DNA from: Magallana gigas
Lineage: Eukaryota
DNA: 64,000 nucleotides
Assembly (NCBI RefSeq): GCF_963853765.1
Contig: NC_088857.1
Coordinates: forward strand, 48,670,001 to 48,734,000
Direction of reading: 5' to 3'
Shown in pieces: positions 60,601-64,000 of this stretch. Below the pieces are notes generated by a model that had not been told where the DNA came from, ran no database searches, and worked only from the letters and a program-made list of their open reading frames with translations. Position 1 is the stretch's first letter. Each line of letters begins with the position of its first letter. Made by a program: the position numbers and the translations under genes.

Positions 60601-63600
60601 CAACAAGCTGGTCATGTGTTACCTGGAGGATGTCAAGGTATGGTAAATGTCATGTGATGATTTTAACAGTATGGTGGTATAGCCATTACTGATCCTTGCA
60701 TGTATGCACACAACTATAGATATATTTATTGAATAACTTGATGAATATTTTGAGAGTTTGTGAATTTTCGTGGCTTATACGATTTATGGTTTAATATTTG
60801 TTGGTCTTATTTTCTTGATTATTTAACTATGAATTCTTCAGTGGCTTTATGAGGTTTTTGACAGAGGTTGTGTTTGTGATTGTAGAACAAGCTTTATGTC
60901 CACAACTTGAGTGATGGTAAGAGGAAGGCAGAATTCCCGCTTGAGATTGGGACAATCGCGGGGTACAGTGGGAAAAAGGAACAGACCGAGGTGAGTGATA
61001 TTTTTTTCTGTAAAGTTTCTAATGATGGAGGCTGCAGTTTATTCATACAGGCATACATTCCATACATAATGTTGTACTGTGATATGTACATTTTGGTTTA
61101 ACTTTTAAAAAATGTGTATGTGTTTTGAATAACACTTGTTAACACTATTTTCAAGATGCTTTGCATTAATTATCATAAATATAGTTAGACAGGATTGATC
61201 GTCTTGGATAGATGTCTTGGTTCAATGAAATTGGGGAGCAAGTGTTCTCATCACCTAATACTTGTTTTGTTCTTATATTTATATCAAACACCAGTCAATA
61301 TTATATTGTGCAAAGTTTGGTACATATAGGTCTATAACTCACATGTATACCGGTATGTTTAAAAAAAAGATGCCAAAAAATCCTTAAAGATGGATACAAG
61401 TTAACATCTCTATCATTTTATCACACAAATATCCGTATGTACATATATTAATGACTTTTTTTAATCTATTGAAATGTACTTTTTTTCAGATATTTTTCCA
61501 ATTCATATCCTTCCTGACCCCCGGGGTCATTTACAGGTGTGACATGACCAAGGATACCTACACACCCACGGTAAGTAGCACTGGATCATTTACCCAGTTC
61601 CCATCAATGTTCCGTTTATTTCATTGACTTTTGATGGACCACTTTCATTGTTTTTTATATTACTGATATACCGGTATTTGAATCGAGCACAAATTTTAAT
61701 TTGCTGTGCAAATAGAAAATTATACAAAAAATACTATAATTTTACCTGCATAGGATACAAAAGATGTATTTGAATTTGATATCAAATATATATTATTACA
61801 TGTACAACCCAATCTTTTGTCAGACATGCTGCTATTTCCAACTTTTGTCATTGAACATATTTGTGTTTATTTTAGGTATTTAGGGAAACAAAGCTGAAGA
61901 ACTTTGATTTTGACCAATATGAAACAAAGCAAATCTTTTATCCCAGTAAAGATGGAACCAAAGTACCTATGTTTATTGTGAAGAAAAAGGTAATCATTAT
62001 GTCAAAGCAATAAAAATTTAATTTCCCCAAATGTGACCAATACTGAATAGAAGTTTAAATTTATTACTGTACTATTGCACTTATCTGCTTGTGTACACTA
62101 ATCATTTATTATGCATTTGTACTAATCTGTTACTGTACAGACTGATGTACTAATCTATTACTGTGGAATCAGTAATTTTTGTAAGGGCGAATTTTCTTGG
62201 ATTGCCTAAATTTTACAGGTTCGTGGGGACGTAATTTCGTGTATTATCCTAAACCTATAAAAGAAATATGACATTATTACCCTTATTTATTAATTCGTGG
62301 AGGATGTTAATTCGTGGGTGAGAGGTACCCACGAATTCCACGAAAATTGAGCCACCACGAAATCTAATGATTCCACAGTATTGTTTAATTGTACTGATCT
62401 GTTACTTTACACTTGTACTAATCTGTTACTGTACACTTGTACTAATCTGTTACTGTAACTTGTACTAATCTGATACTGTACACTTGTACTAATCTGTTAT
62501 TGTACACTTGTACTAATCTGTTATTGTACACTTGTACTAATCTGTTATTGTACTCTTGTACTAATCTATTATTGGTTAATTGTACTGATCTGTTACTGCA
62601 TGTACACTTGTACTAATCTGTTACTGTACACTTGTACTAATCTGTTACTGTACACTGCTGTACACTTGTACTAATCTGTCATTGTACACTTGTACTAATC
62701 TGATATTGTACATCCTAAACCTATAAAAGAAATATGACATTATTACCCTTATTTATTAATTCGTGGAGGATGTTAATTCGTGGATGAGAGGTACCCACGA
62801 ATTCCACGAAAATTGAGCCACCACGAAATCTAATGATTCCACAGTATTGTTTAATTGTACTGATCTTTTACTGTACACTTGTACTAATCTGTTACTGTAC
62901 ACTTGTACTAATCTGTTACTGTAACTTGTACTAATCTGATACTGTACACTTGTACTAATCTGTTATTGTACACTTGTACTAATCTGTTATTGTACACTTG
63001 TACTAATCTGATACTGTACACTTGTACTAATCTGTTACTGTACACTTGTACTAATCTGATACTGTACACTTGTACTAATCTGATACTGTACACTTGTACT
63101 AATCTGATACTGTACACTTGTACTAATCTGATATTGTACACTTGTACTAATCTATTATTGGTTAATTGTACTAATCTGTTACTGTACACTTGTACTAATC
63201 TCTTATTGTACAACATATTACAGGATATGCCCTTGGATGGGGACAATCCCTGCCTTCTGTATGGATATGGTGGCTTCAACATCTCCATTAGCCCCCACTT
63301 CTCTGTGTCGCGGATGGTCTTCATGCAGCACCTTGGGGGTGTGTTTGCTGTGGCCAACATAAGAGGAGGAGGGTAAGGTCTTCAGCCGTTTTACTGTCAG
63401 ATAGAATGGATGATCAAATTGGTATAATTTTAACCCCCACTTAGGAATATACATGTACCACATGTCCCAATAAAAATTGTGGAAGGTTTTTCTTTTTACA
63501 ACTGAAATTGATATGTACTGTAATAATTTTATAATATGAGAATTACTTACATCACAGAGAATATGGAGATGATTGGCACAAAGGCGGGAGATTTGGGAAT

Positions 63601-63674
63601 AAACAGAACGTATTCGATGATTTCCAGGCCGCTGCACAGTACTTGATCGACAACAAATACACATCTGCAAAAAA
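52466..63674 (+). CDS. PREP: Prolyl endopeptidase (prolyl oligopeptidase, S9A); first 14 coding exons, continues beyond the window
   Basis: Exons 52466-52528, 55472-55599, 56581-56676, 57412-57580, 57825-57926, 58266-58408, 59867-60032, 60327-60422, 60536-60637, 60886-60990, 61490-61570, 61876-61989, 63224-63372, 63558-63674; all phases compatible. Motifs [90 protein letters not shown]. The catalytic triad lies downstream of the window. Confidence 0.95.
52575..52600. mobile_element. 26-bp perfect palindrome with 7-bp direct-repeat flanks
   Basis: GTACCAT|CAGAGACATAAATATTTATGTCTCTG|GTACCAT in PREP intron 1. Confidence 0.7.
52620..53779. mobile_element. Foldback MITE with repetitive subterminal TIRs and 8-bp TSD
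   Basis: TACAGTTC at 52612-19 and 53780-87. Arrays of GATG(A/G/T)TTCGCACC / GTTTCGCGCTGAG mirrored at both ends. Right terminus GTACCC. Confidence 0.8.
56031..56455 (-). mobile_element. TRIM (miniature LTR retrotransposon) with tRNA-like sequence in both LTRs (Helenus-type architecture)
   Basis: LTRs 56455-56315 and 56178-56031, both TG...CA on the minus strand. PBS-like TGGTGCTCATGTTGGGAC two nt after the 5' LTR (56312-56295). 136-bp non-coding interior. AAAA flanks. Each LTR has A-box TAGCTCAATTGG / AAGCTCGATTGG and B-box GGTTCAATCC / GGTTCAAACC. Confidence 0.8.
57615..57672. repeat. (GA)n microsatellite
   Basis: Pure AG repeat in PREP intron 4. Confidence 0.95.
59449..59873 (+). repeat. 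49-bp minisatellite spanning the PREP intron 6 / exon 7 boundary
   Basis: Unit TGTATCTCATTCTGTACSGTAATGTTACCTTGTTAGTGGTGCATCTCAT; nine copies of TTGT(T/C)AG|TGGTGCA with spacings 49,49,49,39,49,49,49,49. Confidence 0.95.
62110..63210 (+). repeat. 24-bp minisatellite (TGTACACTTGTACTAATCTGTTAC) in PREP intron 12
   Basis: About 27 exact TACTAAT cores counted by eye. Interrupted by a MITE and by a 466-bp-offset local duplication (62246 to 62712). Confidence 0.95.
62161..62378. mobile_element. Tc1/mariner-like MITE (TA TSD); 3' half duplicated at 62712-62844
   Basis: TA|CTGTGGAATCA ... TGATTCCACAG|TA. Confidence 0.85.
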
Positions 63675-64000
63675 GTGAGAACATTTTAAAAGGGCATGGT
63701 CAACACTTTCGATTTTACTTTTCCAGTTTTAACACATGTGTATTTATAATGCTTGATAAAAGTATTTCCAATAATTAGCCAAAATTTTACCTTCATTTGT
63801 CAAGTTACAGGTGAGAAACAGAGCTCACAATTCTTTGTTAAAGACTAGATTTACTTTTGCATTAAAATTATAGTGGAGGTTTCAACAATAAGCTTTCATT
63901 GTTTCCACTGAGGATGAAATGTGGCTTACAATGTAAATGTACCTTCATTTGAATCAAGAATTATCATATCCTGTTATGCTCTATGGTATCCTGGCCATGT

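Noticed and set aside
62908-63376. ORFs with repeated YTCTNLLL / VQVYSIRL peptides
   Set aside because: Translation of the 24-bp intronic minisatellite. Only 63224-63372 is coding (PREP exon 13).

Overview
Eukaryotic, AT-rich, intron-containing genomic DNA. The repeat content (Helentron-type satellite-carrying elements, Kolobok/PIF/Tc1-like MITEs, Penelope relic) and a secreted C1q-domain gene suggest a bivalve mollusc such as an oyster (inference). Gene models were built by hand with exon phases checked. Left to right: a 12-finger C2H2 zinc-finger gene (-); a non-LTR retrotransposon with an open APE-RT frame; a 9-exon, ~1311-aa gene encoding signal peptide + two tandem class-C-GPCR-type Venus-flytrap domains + a single TM helix + a motif-rich cytoplasmic tail, with no cysteine-rich domain and no 7TM (the top finding); TMEM183 (-) head-to-head with an unrecognised coiled-coil gene (+); a TE-riddled relic holding decayed copies of PREP exons and of TMEM183 exons 1-4; a secreted globular-head C1q gene; and the first 14 coding exons of prolyl endopeptidase (PREP), which runs off the right edge. 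PREP introns carry a TRIM with tRNA-like LTRs, a minisatellite of nine tandem splice acceptors and a minisatellite of tandem branch-point motifs. Several 26-70 bp palindromic micro-insertions and long hairpin elements with GAA-type mini-hairpin apices also occur. No rRNA, genuine tRNA or CRISPR array is supported. Domain and TE superfamily calls come from motif recognition by eye, not database searches.
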